From Pseudomonadota bacterium (GTDB lineage: Bacteria > Bdellovibrionota > Bdellovibrionia > Bdellovibrionales > SG-bin7), in the NCBI GenBank assembly GCA_034439715.1, contig JAWXAY010000087.1, forward strand, positions 1 to 31,975: a stretch of DNA of 31,975 bases, given 5' to 3'. The first letter of the stretch is position 1. The number at the start of each line of letters is the position of its first letter. A model generated the notes under the pieces. The model worked only from the letters and a program-made list of their open reading frames with translations, ran no database searches and was not told where the DNA came from. Both the position numbers and the translations under genes were made by a program. This document shows, one piece after another, positions 16,625 through 26,279 of the stretch.

Positions 16625-17350
16625 CTAAAAGGATGCCTCTAAACTGGAACTCTGAGCAATTCGGGCGTAGCGCTGGGCCTCTAAGTTTTCTGGATCACGA
16701 AGTAAAACACCATTCCATTGCTCCATGGCATCCGTAATTCGATTTAAATTATAGTATAGCTTTCCTAAATAAATTCGCGCCGGCAAATAATGTGGAAACT
16801 CGCGTGTAATAAATTTAAGTTCCTTGAGAGCCTTTCTCTGTGACCCCAAAGACATCAGACATTCGACCGCCTTCATGGCAATCTCCGGTTTTCGTTGATT
16901 TGTAAACTCAATGGCCTTTGTAAATTGTTCGATGGCTTCTTTGTGGCGCTTACTTTGAGCGTAAAGCGATCCGAGCTCCTCATGTTTCTGCGCAAACTTT
17001 TCTTCAATATAGGGATCAAGCTCAGGGCTGCGCAGTTCAAGATGTTCTCGAGCTTTCTGAAAAACCTCTCGGCCCTCATCGTAGCGACCAAGGTCGTTCA
17101 ATAAAATTGATAATCCTACGCTGGCGTCGGTAAATCCAGGATCCACCGCGAGCGCTTTTTTATAGAACTCAACGGATTTATTAAACTTTCCTTTGTCATA
17201 GTTTATTGTGCCCAACATATAGTAGGCATCGGGAGACTTCAAATTACTAATGAGCACCTGACCCAAAAGCGACTCAGCACTTACATAGTTTCCCTCGTGG
17301 AAGTGCTTTTTTGCGATTTCAAGAATTTCTTTTGCGTCAACGCTTCTCAT
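16625..17350 (-). CDS. Tetratricopeptide repeat protein
   Basis: Several TPR patterns (AYYMLG..Y..G.F..S...YKKAL.VDP and YLGKLYY). No signal peptide. Confidence 0.85.
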   Translation of the reverse strand: MRSVDAKEILEIAKKHFHEGNYVSAESLLGQVLISNLKSPDAYYMLGTINYDKGKFNKSVEFYKKALAVDPGFTDASVGLSILLNDLGRYDEGREVFQKAREHLELRSPELDPYIEEKFAQKHEELGSLYAQSKRHKEAIEQFTKAIEFTNQRKPEIAMKAVECLMSLGSQRKALKELKFITREFPHYLPARIYLGKLYYNLNRITDAMEQWNGVLLRDPENLEAQRYARIAQSSSLEASF

Positions 17351-18089
17351 TTGACCCTACGGCACTTTGAACTTCAGAGAGAAAGCGAGAATTCGGAAAG
17401 CGTTCTTTAAGCTTTTGAAAATGCTTGCTGCCCTTATCGATCTGTCCACTTTTGTAAGCGCAGATTGAGGCGCGAAAAAGTGCTTTTTCGTCTAAACCAA
17501 GTCCCGGATAATTTTCAATTAAATCTTCATATCTGTATAATGCGCTTTCAAACTTTTGGCGAACGAAATAAAAATTACCGATGTAGTCCTCTTTAGCGGC
17601 CAATTTTTTACGGGTCTCTTCTTTTTTTTCTCGTGCTTCTTTAGTGTGTTTTGAGTTGGGATAGGAGCTCAAAACCTCATCAAAATAAGTAATAGATTTT
17701 TCTGCCAACGAAAGATCGCGATCAACAGTCTCAGGCAGCTGACTATAATAACTCATGGCTAGCTGAAAGGTCACATAGTCAACAGAAGGATGTTTAGGGT
17801 GAAAATCTTTAAAATTCAAATAGGCCTGTTGTGCCTCGGCAAAGGCCTCACGCTTGTAATGTAAATCTGCAGATTTAAGCTCAGCATCGACAGAAATTTT
17901 GCTGTAAGGAAAGCGATGTCGTACCTCTCCATATTTTGTTATGGCTTCGTCATAGCGTTCTGCCTTTTCAAATTCCTCAGCGCTTTTGTAAAGGCCTTCG
18001 GCAGAGTTGGGATCAAAAGTTTGGTTTGAAGCACAGGAAACAAGCGTTAGTGAAAATATAAAAACTAAATGAGTAAGGAATTGCGACAT
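17337..18089 (-). CDS. bamD: Outer membrane protein assembly lipoprotein BamD
   Basis: Lipobox LVSC, FPYS, FHPKHP.VDY, DRD, YPNS and LAAKE..IGNFY. ATG 18089 gives a normal signal peptide. Confidence 0.92.
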   Translation of the reverse strand: MSQFLTHLVFIFSLTLVSCASNQTFDPNSAEGLYKSAEEFEKAERYDEAITKYGEVRHRFPYSKISVDAELKSADLHYKREAFAEAQQAYLNFKDFHPKHPSVDYVTFQLAMSYYSQLPETVDRDLSLAEKSITYFDEVLSSYPNSKHTKEAREKKEETRKKLAAKEDYIGNFYFVRQKFESALYRYEDLIENYPGLGLDEKALFRASICAYKSGQIDKGSKHFQKLKERFPNSRFLSEVQSAVGSNEKR

Positions 18090-18096
18090 TCCCAGG

Positions 18097-18125
18097 AGTC
18101 TAGAAACAAGGCGGTATTTTGTCAA
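18097..18125 (-). promoter_or_regulatory. sigma70 promoter abutting the bamD start
   Basis: Minus strand TTGACA(18125-18120)-N17-TAGACT(18102-18097), then 7 nt to ATG 18089. Confidence 0.75.
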
Positions 18126-19169
18126 TTAAGACTTAAACTCTATTAGATGGGTAAAAATGGCCTGACTAATAACCTTTAAGGCGCTGGCCACAGGTATGGC
18201 AATGATCATGCCGAGAACGCCCATGAGTTGCGAGCCAATAATAATTGCGACAACTACGCTGATAGGGTGAAGATCTACTATTTTGGCAACTAAGAGTGGC
18301 ACAATAAAAAGCATATCAACTACCTGCGCAAATACATAAACCACCGTGATGTAAACAAACAGAAAACTATTCGTATGGTCCGTAAAAAAGGCCACCAAAA
18401 ATGCCGGTACAGCTCCAATGACGGGTCCTATATAGGGAATTAGACTGGTTATGCCGGCAAAAACCCCCAGAATTACGGCGTATTTTACGTCTTTGATCTC
18501 TAGACCGGCCCAAACAATAGCTCCTACGATCAAAGCCTCAAGAAATCTTGCTCGAATAAAATCACCTAACTGGGTGTTTAACTGGTGTAAAAGGTTCAAA
18601 GAAAGCTCAAATATATTATTTGGAACGAGAGCTAGGAGCTTTCGAACAAAATTTCGTCCATCCTTTAACATGAAAAATGCGAAAAATGGAGCCAGCAGCG
18701 TAATAGTAAAAATACTCGAGGCAAAATTTGGCAGGGCTGTAAAAAAAACTTTAGCGCCGTCCGATAAGTATTGCGCAATCTTTTCGCTGGCGTTCATTTC
18801 GAAAGCGCCCAGGGTGAGGTCTTTAATCCGATCATCAATTCGCGATAGTTGCTGACTTAAAATATCGATATAGGAGTTATATTCGGTGCTGAGAGTTTTA
18901 ATTTGCGAACTAATCATGGGAGAAATTAAATAGATTACTAACCAAAGACAAAAGCCCGTTACAACGAAAGGAATGATAATAGCCCAAGTTCTCGAAATTC
19001 CTGAGCGCTCCAATCGATTTACCAGGGGATTTAGAGAGTAAAAAATAACAAAGGCCAAAACTTGGGTCACTAGCATGTCTTGGACTCTTAAAAGCACCAC
19101 AATCAAAAGACTAAGGATGCCGATAAAGGCAATAAGCTTAACTAGATTTTCTCTCCGTATGCTGCCCAT
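18126..19169 (-). CDS. AI-2E family transporter
   Basis: LNPLVNRLER, FFMLKDG, IPYIGP, LHP and GVLGMIIAIP motifs, with multiple TM helices. Confidence 0.93.
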   Translation of the reverse strand: MGSIRRENLVKLIAFIGILSLLIVVLLRVQDMLVTQVLAFVIFYSLNPLVNRLERSGISRTWAIIIPFVVTGFCLWLVIYLISPMISSQIKTLSTEYNSYIDILSQQLSRIDDRIKDLTLGAFEMNASEKIAQYLSDGAKVFFTALPNFASSIFTITLLAPFFAFFMLKDGRNFVRKLLALVPNNIFELSLNLLHQLNTQLGDFIRARFLEALIVGAIVWAGLEIKDVKYAVILGVFAGITSLIPYIGPVIGAVPAFLVAFFTDHTNSFLFVYITVVYVFAQVVDMLFIVPLLVAKIVDLHPISVVVAIIIGSQLMGVLGMIIAIPVASALKVISQAIFTHLIEFKS

Positions 19170-19726
19170 TATTTTTTTTCCGAGAGTTTGCTGTGTCCTT
19201 TGATTTCCATCACTTGGCGTCTTAATTCAGAGACCTTTTCGGTTGTTTCTCTTAATCTTCGGCCAAGAACTTCTGCCAATCGCGATACTACCTGAAAGCC
19301 TGCCGTGGGATTTCTTTGTAAAATCTCGACTAAATCAGATTTGTAAAAGCCCACCAACTGAACCTCATTGTGGGCAACAGCGTTAGCGCTCCGACGACTA
19401 TTTTCTTCAACAAGAGCGATTTCACCAAAAAAATCTCCAGGAGATAATCGGGTTATATAAACCCCACCAGCTCTATGTGCACTTTCCGCAAGTTCAGTCA
19501 TAGTGATATCGATAGATCCTTTAATTATTATATACATTCCAACGCCAACTTCGCCCTGTGAAAAAACGACCTCACCTGGGCGATAATTTCTGACATGGAT
19601 TACATCGCTTACAAAGCGAATGTCTTTTTCGCTGAGATCTTGAAATAAATAGTTTTCTTTAAGAATTGTGTAAAGAGTCCGTTCTTTTTGATCTTTTCTG
19701 AAAAAATTATCCCAAAGAAAATTCAT
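19169..19726 (-). CDS. Stand-alone cyclic-nucleotide-binding domain protein
   Basis: LFQDL, GEVVFSQGE, phosphate-binding cassette FFGEIAL...RSANAVA. C-terminal coiled coil and no CRP-type HTH. Confidence 0.9.
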   Translation of the reverse strand: MNFLWDNFFRKDQKERTLYTILKENYLFQDLSEKDIRFVSDVIHVRNYRPGEVVFSQGEVGVGMYIIIKGSIDITMTELAESAHRAGGVYITRLSPGDFFGEIALVEENSRRSANAVAHNEVQLVGFYKSDLVEILQRNPTAGFQVVSRLAEVLGRRLRETTEKVSELRRQVMEIKGHSKLSEKK

Positions 19727-20511
19727 CACATCTTTCCCGCGTTTATAAACAGCTGTTCACGCAAGACCCAGCCCGTATTTTTTCCGGGTAAAGACACTTG
19801 CGTCCATGCGTCTTTGGATTGTCGCACAATCACCTCAGAACCTTCAAACAATACAAAAAGATTTGTCGCGTCTTCGTTGGGGCTGCTGCGAACGATGGCC
19901 GGGCCCGAAACAATAGTAGCTCGCATGATATTAAGATCGATATATTTGAGAGTGGAAATGCCAGTGAAGAAAGCAGCAATTACCCAGCAGAGATACCCGT
20001 AGAGTGGATGTTTTGCCGGAACCAAGCCTTGGGTCAATGCGCGGCGGCGAAAACCCAAATATGTCAATAGTATCCAAACTGCACCAATTGAAAATGCGAA
20101 GGAAAAGAGAAGAGCAAGGCCAAAAGACGTATGAATGAGAATTACTTCGCGTAAGGTTTCATAAAAAGATTTAGGTGGAATTGGCTTATTTGCAAGCAGT
20201 TCGTCGGTCGCAAACCTAATCGCTGAAAGCGTTTTTCTGTTGCCTGGATCTAGATCGAGTGCCTTTCGCCAATAGGCTAAACCCAGACCTTTTTTGCCAA
20301 GTTTATATTCAACCAGACCTAAGTTGTAAAGTGTCAAAATATTATTGGGGGACCCTTTGAGAGCCTGTTGAAATTGTTCACGTGCCAATTCGAGCTGATT
20401 GTCCTGATAGCTTTTTACGCCCTGACTAAAAGAGGGCTCGGCCATCGAAATGAAGGCAATTATCAAGCTGCAGGGAATAACTAAGAGACAGGAGCGCCAT
20501 ACTGAATTCAT
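19726..20511 (-). CDS. BatE-like protein (signal, TPR, 2 TM, bacterial SH3)
   Basis: LYNLG...GLAYWRKALDLDP TPR, two hydrophobic helices, and an SH3b-like VRSSPN...LFEG...W.QV...GWV. Confidence 0.8.
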   Translation of the reverse strand: MNSVWRSCLLVIPCSLIIAFISMAEPSFSQGVKSYQDNQLELAREQFQQALKGSPNNILTLYNLGLVEYKLGKKGLGLAYWRKALDLDPGNRKTLSAIRFATDELLANKPIPPKSFYETLREVILIHTSFGLALLFSFAFSIGAVWILLTYLGFRRRALTQGLVPAKHPLYGYLCWVIAAFFTGISTLKYIDLNIMRATIVSGPAIVRSSPNEDATNLFVLFEGSEVIVRQSKDAWTQVSLPGKNTGWVLREQLFINAGKM

Positions 20512-20582
20512 AATTAAACATAAAGCTTAATTATTAAATGACCTCCTGTCTACGAGGTTTATTGACGAGAAAAGGAAAACTT

Positions 20583-21971
20583 ATGTCAAATTTAGTCGGC
20601 CACGAATTAACTAGATCTGCAAAAATTAATGGTCACATAGAGGAACTCGTCAAAGAGATTCGCAATCACAGCGCCAAGATCAAAGCGCCAAAGCCTGCAG
20701 ACCCTCAAAATAAAGAGGCCTTTAAATCACTTTGTGACAAAATTGCCGCCAATCGAGGTCGGCCCCTTTATTTGCCCTACATAGGAACGGGAATTGGTAA
20801 CGGCAGTTTGGTGGAATTAGAGGACGGAAGCATAAAAATAGATTTAATTAATGGAATAGGCATCAATCTCATGGGCCATAGCCACCCTCGAGTTATTGCA
20901 GCCACCATTAAGGGCGCCTTATCTGACATAGTTGTACAGGGAAATTTAGAGCCAAATCTAGAATATGTGAAATTCGGTGAATTAGTAACGGGATTGGTTA
21001 AAAAAAATAGTCGCTTACGCCATGCTTGGATTACTACCTGCGGTACAATGGCTAACGAAATTGCTCTTAAAATATCCCGCCAAAAGAGAGCGCCTGCACG
21101 AAAAATAATTTCAATTAAAGATTCATTCGCGGGTCGATCAACCTTAATGACTGAAATTACAGACAACCCCGCCTTTAAAGAGGGTCAACCTCATTACGAC
21201 GAAGCATTTCGTATTCCCTTTTTTGACTCTAAAAATCCGCGAAGCACGGAGATTGCAGCCCAAGAAATGAAAAAACATTTCGACCAACACAAAGGACAAA
21301 TTAGCGCATTTATGTTTGAAATTGTTCAGGGAGAGGGGGGCTTTAAGGTTGGATCAAAGGAGTTCTTCTTAACACTTTTTGATATTTGTAAGCAAAACAA
21401 TGCGCTCATTTGGGCGGACGAAGTCCAGACATTTTCTAGAACAGGAGAATTGTTTGCATTTGAAAAGTTGGATATTGGAATGCATCTTGATTTTGTCACA
21501 TTCGCGAAAACCGCTCAGGTGGGGTGTGCGCTTTTTACCGAAGAAATGAATCCCAAGCCCGGTTTAATTGCCGGTACATTTGCCGGGGCGTCAGCTTCTT
21601 TGTCCGCCGGCATAGAAATCATTAATATGCTTGTAGGCGATGGCTTCCTGGGGACTAATGGCAAAATTGAAAAAGTTTATCGCGACTTTACGGGAATGCT
21701 CGAGGGTCTTGCTGCAGGTTCCTGCAAGGGGCTTATTGATGATATAGGCGGGATCGGACTTATGGTCGCATGCAGAACACTTGATGGCTCAAAAGCAAAG
21801 GCTGAAAGACTTCTAAAAGTAATGTTTGAAAATGGATTGATAGCTTATTATTGCGGTCATGGTCCCTATAAGCTGCGATTTTTAATTCCTGCAATTATTT
21901 CTTCCGAAGAAATTAAAATGACAGCGAAAGTAATAGAGACTTCTATTTTACAGGTGGCAAAGGAAGCATGA
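20583..21971 (+). CDS. astC: Class-III PLP aminotransferase, (succinyl)ornithine aminotransferase-like
   Basis: GHSHP, GTMANEIALK, SFAGR, EIVQGEGG, DEVQT, PLP lysine in TFAK, and GTF. AAGGA RBS before ATG 20583. The symbol rests on context with astA/astD. Confidence 0.8.
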   Translation: MSNLVGHELTRSAKINGHIEELVKEIRNHSAKIKAPKPADPQNKEAFKSLCDKIAANRGRPLYLPYIGTGIGNGSLVELEDGSIKIDLINGIGINLMGHSHPRVIAATIKGALSDIVVQGNLEPNLEYVKFGELVTGLVKKNSRLRHAWITTCGTMANEIALKISRQKRAPARKIISIKDSFAGRSTLMTEITDNPAFKEGQPHYDEAFRIPFFDSKNPRSTEIAAQEMKKHFDQHKGQISAFMFEIVQGEGGFKVGSKEFFLTLFDICKQNNALIWADEVQTFSRTGELFAFEKLDIGMHLDFVTFAKTAQVGCALFTEEMNPKPGLIAGTFAGASASLSAGIEIINMLVGDGFLGTNGKIEKVYRDFTGMLEGLAAGSCKGLIDDIGGIGLMVACRTLDGSKAKAERLLKVMFENGLIAYYCGHGPYKLRFLIPAIISSEEIKMTAKVIETSILQVAKEA

Positions 21972-22993
21972 GTTTTTTAATCCGAAGTGTCGAAACAGGA
22001 GACCTAGAGGCCTTATATGATTTGGCTAATCAGTTTAATCTTTTAAATATGCCAGCAGATAAGACGCTATTAAGTCAAAAAATAACTAGAAGTCTTTTGT
22101 CGTTTTCGGGTGAGCTAAAAATTGACAAGGCCGAATACTTATTTGTTATTCAAGATTCCCAAATTAAAAATCGAGTTTTGGGCTGCTCCCAAATTATCGC
22201 CAAACATGGCAATCCAGGAATGCCGCATTATTCATTCCAAATATTAAAAGTGAATAAATTTAGTGAGGATTTGGGAATAGGATTTATTCATAAAGTCTTG
22301 CGTTTTAAAGAAAACACAGACGGGCCCACAGAAATTGGGGGTCTTCTGGTTGACAAGGCTATGCGCCGGCGACCTGAAAAACTCGGCCGTCAAATTAGTC
22401 TGATACGTTTTCTATTTATGGCAATGCATCGAGAAAAGTTTAAGAATCGGGTTCTTTGTGAACTAACCCCACCATTACTTGAGGACGGGCGCAGTGAGTT
22501 TTGGGAGGCCGTTGGTCGCCGCTTTACAGGAATTCCCTATCAAGAGGCCGACGAGTTAAGTCAAACGCATAAAGAATTTATAAGGCAGTTATTTCCGGAC
22601 CAAGACATTTATTTATGTCTGTTGGACTCTCGGGCGCGTCTAGCAATTGGAAAAGTTGGCTCGGACACACTTCCGGCTCAAATTATTTTAGGGCGCGTTG
22701 GCTTTAAATATATGGAGGAAGTCGATCCGTTTGATGGAGGGCCTCATTTTGGAGTTGCTACGGAGGATATTTCGGTAATTAAGAATACAAAGAAGATGAA
22801 TATTGTGGGAACTGACAAGGCCCAGTTTAATCAACGGGCGCTCCTTGGAATCGAAAGAGAGGGCGCGTTTTTTGGCGCCTACTCATTGGTAGATTTAAAG
22901 GGTTCCAACGAAGTATTATTACCAGTCGCGACCCTGAAATTAGTGGGATTAGAGCCAGGGATGACAGTTTATGTGTCGCCATTGCCAGAGTGA
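21968..22993 (+). CDS. astA: Arginine N-succinyltransferase
   Basis: YLFV, TEIGGL, SLIRFLF, SEFWEAVGRRF, YQEAD and VDPFDGGP motifs. Confidence 0.92.
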   Translation: MSFLIRSVETGDLEALYDLANQFNLLNMPADKTLLSQKITRSLLSFSGELKIDKAEYLFVIQDSQIKNRVLGCSQIIAKHGNPGMPHYSFQILKVNKFSEDLGIGFIHKVLRFKENTDGPTEIGGLLVDKAMRRRPEKLGRQISLIRFLFMAMHREKFKNRVLCELTPPLLEDGRSEFWEAVGRRFTGIPYQEADELSQTHKEFIRQLFPDQDIYLCLLDSRARLAIGKVGSDTLPAQIILGRVGFKYMEEVDPFDGGPHFGVATEDISVIKNTKKMNIVGTDKAQFNQRALLGIEREGAFFGAYSLVDLKGSNEVLLPVATLKLVGLEPGMTVYVSPLPE

Positions 22994-23014
22994 AACCAGA
23001 GAGAGGACTAAAGT

Positions 23015-24526
23015 ATGATTGAAGAATTAAAGTCGACCCCCTATATGGGCGACTACATTGACGGAAGGTTTTTAGTTCCTGCGTCTCCGGATGGGTCAAT
23101 TGAAATTCAAAGTCCTGCAGACCTTTCAGATAAGGTAATAACTGTGCCCTTTAAACTGGATCACGTAGAGGTTGCAACTAAGGCTGCGGCAAAGGCCTTT
23201 TACCCTTGGGCCCGACTTTCACTAAATGAGCGAAAAAATTATTTGGTAAAACTAAAGGATGTATTTGAGGCTCACTCAGAACAAATGGCTGTGATGATAA
23301 GTCGTGAAACGGGAAAGCCGATTTGGGAATCTCGGACCGAGGCCAAGGCGCTTGCAGCGAAGATAGATGTAACACTGAACCACTCGTTAAAGCTGGTTCA
23401 AACCGAGCGTATTGAAAACGCGCTTCCAGGGGTTGATGGAGTCACGAGACACCAGCCGCGAGGAGTTATGGCTGTGGTGGGACCGTTTAACTTTCCAGCT
23501 CATTTACCCAATGGCCATATCATTCCCGCGCTGATTACTGGAAATACAATTGTCTTTAAGCCGTCAGACAAAACCCCCGCCGTAGGCCAGTTAATGGCAC
23601 AGTTATTTGAAAAAGCCGAATTCCCGCGGGGCGTTTTTAATTTAGTTCAGGGGCGAGGAGAGTCGGGACGCCGACTTGTCATCGACGACAATGTCGCGGG
23701 AATTTTATTTACGGGTTCCTATGAAGTTGGCCTAAAAATAAAAGAAGACACCCTCAATCATTTTTGGAAAATTACCGCACTCGAGATGGGCGGCAAGAAT
23801 GCTACCGTTGTATGGCATGATGCGGAAATGGAAAAGGCACTTTATGAAACGCTGATAGGATGTTTTTTAACGGCGGGTCAGCGTTGTTCTTGTACAAGCC
23901 GCGTGATTTTACACAAGTCGATTGCAGATAAGTTTATCGACAGGTTTTATGCTGCGGCTAAAAAAATAAAAATAGGGCATTGGCGTGAAGAGGTTTTATT
24001 TGGCCCGCTGATTAGTAAAGATTCGGTAGAAAAATACTTGCGCTTTCAAGAAATCGCAAAACGCGAAGGGGCCGAACCTCTAATGCGCGGAAAAGTTTTA
24101 GAGCTGGAGAAGCAGGGCTACTATGTTACGCCCAGTATTAACATAGTAAAAGAAATGAAATCTAAATCCGTTTATCAACGAAGCGAAATATTTGGACCCA
24201 ATGTGGCCGTTTATACAGTTCAAGATTTTGATGAGGCTCTAGAAGTCGTAAATAATACTAGCTATGGTCTGGTCATGTCAGTCTTTACCAAAGATAAAAC
24301 CTTATACGAAGAGTCACTTTTAAAGACCCGTATTGGAATGGTTAATTGGAACCGTACAACCAATGGTGGAAGTTCAAAACTTCCATTTGGTGGACGAGGT
24401 AAATCGGGAAATGATCGGCCGTCGGGAAACTCAGCCGTTCAATATTGCACTGTGCCGGTAGCGAGTTTAGAGGATACAAAGGGTTTTGATCGTAAGTCTA
24501 TGATGCCAGGAATAGTGTTAGACTGA
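23015..24526 (+). CDS. astD: Succinylglutamate-semialdehyde dehydrogenase
   Basis: GPFNFPAHLPNGHI, FTGS, LEMGGKN, AGQRCSC, EIFGP and PFGGRGKSGNDRPS motifs. Confidence 0.9.
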   Translation: MIEELKSTPYMGDYIDGRFLVPASPDGSIEIQSPADLSDKVITVPFKLDHVEVATKAAAKAFYPWARLSLNERKNYLVKLKDVFEAHSEQMAVMISRETGKPIWESRTEAKALAAKIDVTLNHSLKLVQTERIENALPGVDGVTRHQPRGVMAVVGPFNFPAHLPNGHIIPALITGNTIVFKPSDKTPAVGQLMAQLFEKAEFPRGVFNLVQGRGESGRRLVIDDNVAGILFTGSYEVGLKIKEDTLNHFWKITALEMGGKNATVVWHDAEMEKALYETLIGCFLTAGQRCSCTSRVILHKSIADKFIDRFYAAAKKIKIGHWREEVLFGPLISKDSVEKYLRFQEIAKREGAEPLMRGKVLELEKQGYYVTPSINIVKEMKSKSVYQRSEIFGPNVAVYTVQDFDEALEVVNNTSYGLVMSVFTKDKTLYEESLLKTRIGMVNWNRTTNGGSSKLPFGGRGKSGNDRPSGNSAVQYCTVPVASLEDTKGFDRKSMMPGIVLD

Positions 24527-25590
24527 TGAAAGCGAAGCTGACTTTAATATTTATATTAGGATCATTTTTGTTTGCAGCCTGGGCGGCCTATGACTTTATG
24601 TTCGTACCGGTAGATTCTGAGGACAAAACAGAACTCATCTTTGAGGTTCAGCCAGGAGAATCATTTAAAAAAGTTGCGAACAACCTTGTGTCTGAAGGAA
24701 TATTAAAAGAGGAAGTAGCACTTTATTATTACGGACGCCTTACAGGGTACGGTAATAAGGTGAAAGTAGGTGAATATCGATTGTACAAAAGCTTAAGACC
24801 CGATGATGTTCTGCAAATTATTACCTCAGGAAAGAGTATCGAGCGCAGTTTTGTAGTTCAAGAGGGTCTAAATATATATGAGATTGCCACTCAGTTTGAA
24901 CAGGCAGGGCTTGGAAAGGCCGATGAATTTTTAGCACTATGTTCAAATAGAGCCTTAATAAAAGAGAATCTACAATTAAACGTGGCTACGCTTGAGGGGT
25001 TTTTATTTCCGGATACTTACAAAATTACTAAATACATGGGCGCGCGCGAGTTAATTAAAAAGATGATTAATCGCTTTAAGGAAGTTACAAAAGATATCAA
25101 AACTCGAGTAAACGTGCAGTTTTCAACAATTGAGTGGGTTACACTCTCTAGTATCATTGAAAAGGAAACCGGCGCACCAGAGGAGCGTCCACTGGTTGCA
25201 AGTGTAATTTTTAATCGTCTGAAAAAGAAAATGCGACTGCAGATGGACACCACGACAATTTATGGAAAATGGCGAAAAACTGGAGTTGTGGTTAAGAATA
25301 TTTCAAAAGCGGACTTGTCAGAAAAAAATGAATACAACACCTATACTTTTTTGGGGCTACCCCTAGGACCAATTGGAAACCCCGGGCGAGAGTCATTAAT
25401 GGCGGCACTAAATCCTGCGAATTCAAAGTATTTGTTTTTTGTAAGTCACAATGATGGGACCCACGAATTTAGCGAAAGTTTAACGGCGCACAATAAATCA
25501 GTGTCCAAGTTTCAAGTAGATAAAAAAGCCCGCCAGGGAAAGTCTTGGCGAGATCGAACAAAAAAAAAATCTAAAAAGCGCCGGCAGTAA
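24526..25590 (+). CDS. mltG: Endolytic transglycosylase MltG
   Basis: N-terminal TM, LEGFLFPDTY, SIIEKE, NRLKKKMRLQMD, YNTY..GLP.GPIGNPG and YLFFV. Confidence 0.95.
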   Translation: MKAKLTLIFILGSFLFAAWAAYDFMFVPVDSEDKTELIFEVQPGESFKKVANNLVSEGILKEEVALYYYGRLTGYGNKVKVGEYRLYKSLRPDDVLQIITSGKSIERSFVVQEGLNIYEIATQFEQAGLGKADEFLALCSNRALIKENLQLNVATLEGFLFPDTYKITKYMGARELIKKMINRFKEVTKDIKTRVNVQFSTIEWVTLSSIIEKETGAPEERPLVASVIFNRLKKKMRLQMDTTTIYGKWRKTGVVVKNISKADLSEKNEYNTYTFLGLPLGPIGNPGRESLMAALNPANSKYLFFVSHNDGTHEFSESLTAHNKSVSKFQVDKKARQGKSWRDRTKKKSKKRRQ

Positions 25591-25610
25591 GACCACTCTC
25601 GATCTATCAC

Positions 25611-26279
25611 TTAAGCTTTACAGATAAAACTTATTTGCCTGCCAGCGTTCGGCTTATCTCGTCGATACGAGGCGTAATTCTCATTTGTAAAAGTATTTTG
25701 ACCGAAATTAAAGATCTTATCAGCACTAATGCCAGCGGCGGCGGCCTGCAGTTTAGTAATCGCAAACAAATCCACTAGCGCTTTAGATTTGTCGCTGGGG
25801 TGATCTGCGGCCCCGGCGGCAAGAAGTTTTGCGACGTCTAGGCCTACCTCAAAAGAATTCTTAAAAATGTGGGGACCAACATAAAGTTTAAAACTAGCGC
25901 GTTCGTCTGCAGGAACTTTCGCAAGAGCAACCTCCAAAATATTTAAATTAACGCCGCGCCAACCGGCATGAACGGCAAAAACATATTTGCCCGAATCCGA
26001 AACACCTAAAATAGGTAAGCAGTCTGCTGTGACAATTGAAAGCGCTAGATTTTCTTGTGAGGTCCAATGTCCGTCACCCTCGTGTTTTACAGAAGCCTCA
26101 GCCGCAACCACTATTTTACCATGAACCTGTTTTAATTTACAAAATTGAATTTTCGGAAAAATCGTCTCGAGTAGTTCTGCAGTACCAAAGCGAGTACCAA
26201 AAAAAACCAGACACCCGGGCAATTTAAGGAGATCACCCACGTGTATTTTTTCGTAAAATATTTTCTCAAAGCCACTCAA
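25611..26279 (-). CDS. pgeF: Peptidoglycan editing factor PgeF/YfiH
   Basis: QVHG, TADCLPI, HAGWRG, GPHI...FEVG and SYRR..GRQ motifs. Confidence 0.9.
   Translation of the reverse strand: MSGFEKIFYEKIHVGDLLKLPGCLVFFGTRFGTAELLETIFPKIQFCKLKQVHGKIVVAAEASVKHEGDGHWTSQENLALSIVTADCLPILGVSDSGKYVFAVHAGWRGVNLNILEVALAKVPADERASFKLYVGPHIFKNSFEVGLDVAKLLAAGAADHPSDKSKALVDLFAITKLQAAAAGISADKIFNFGQNTFTNENYASYRRDKPNAGRQISFICKA

Noticed and set aside
20512..20560. Minus-strand TAGACA-N17-TAAGCT upstream of the BatE-like gene as a fourth leaderless case
   Set aside because: The ATG is 12 nt from the -10, so the leader would be short rather than absent, and the region is AT-rich enough to give chance matches.
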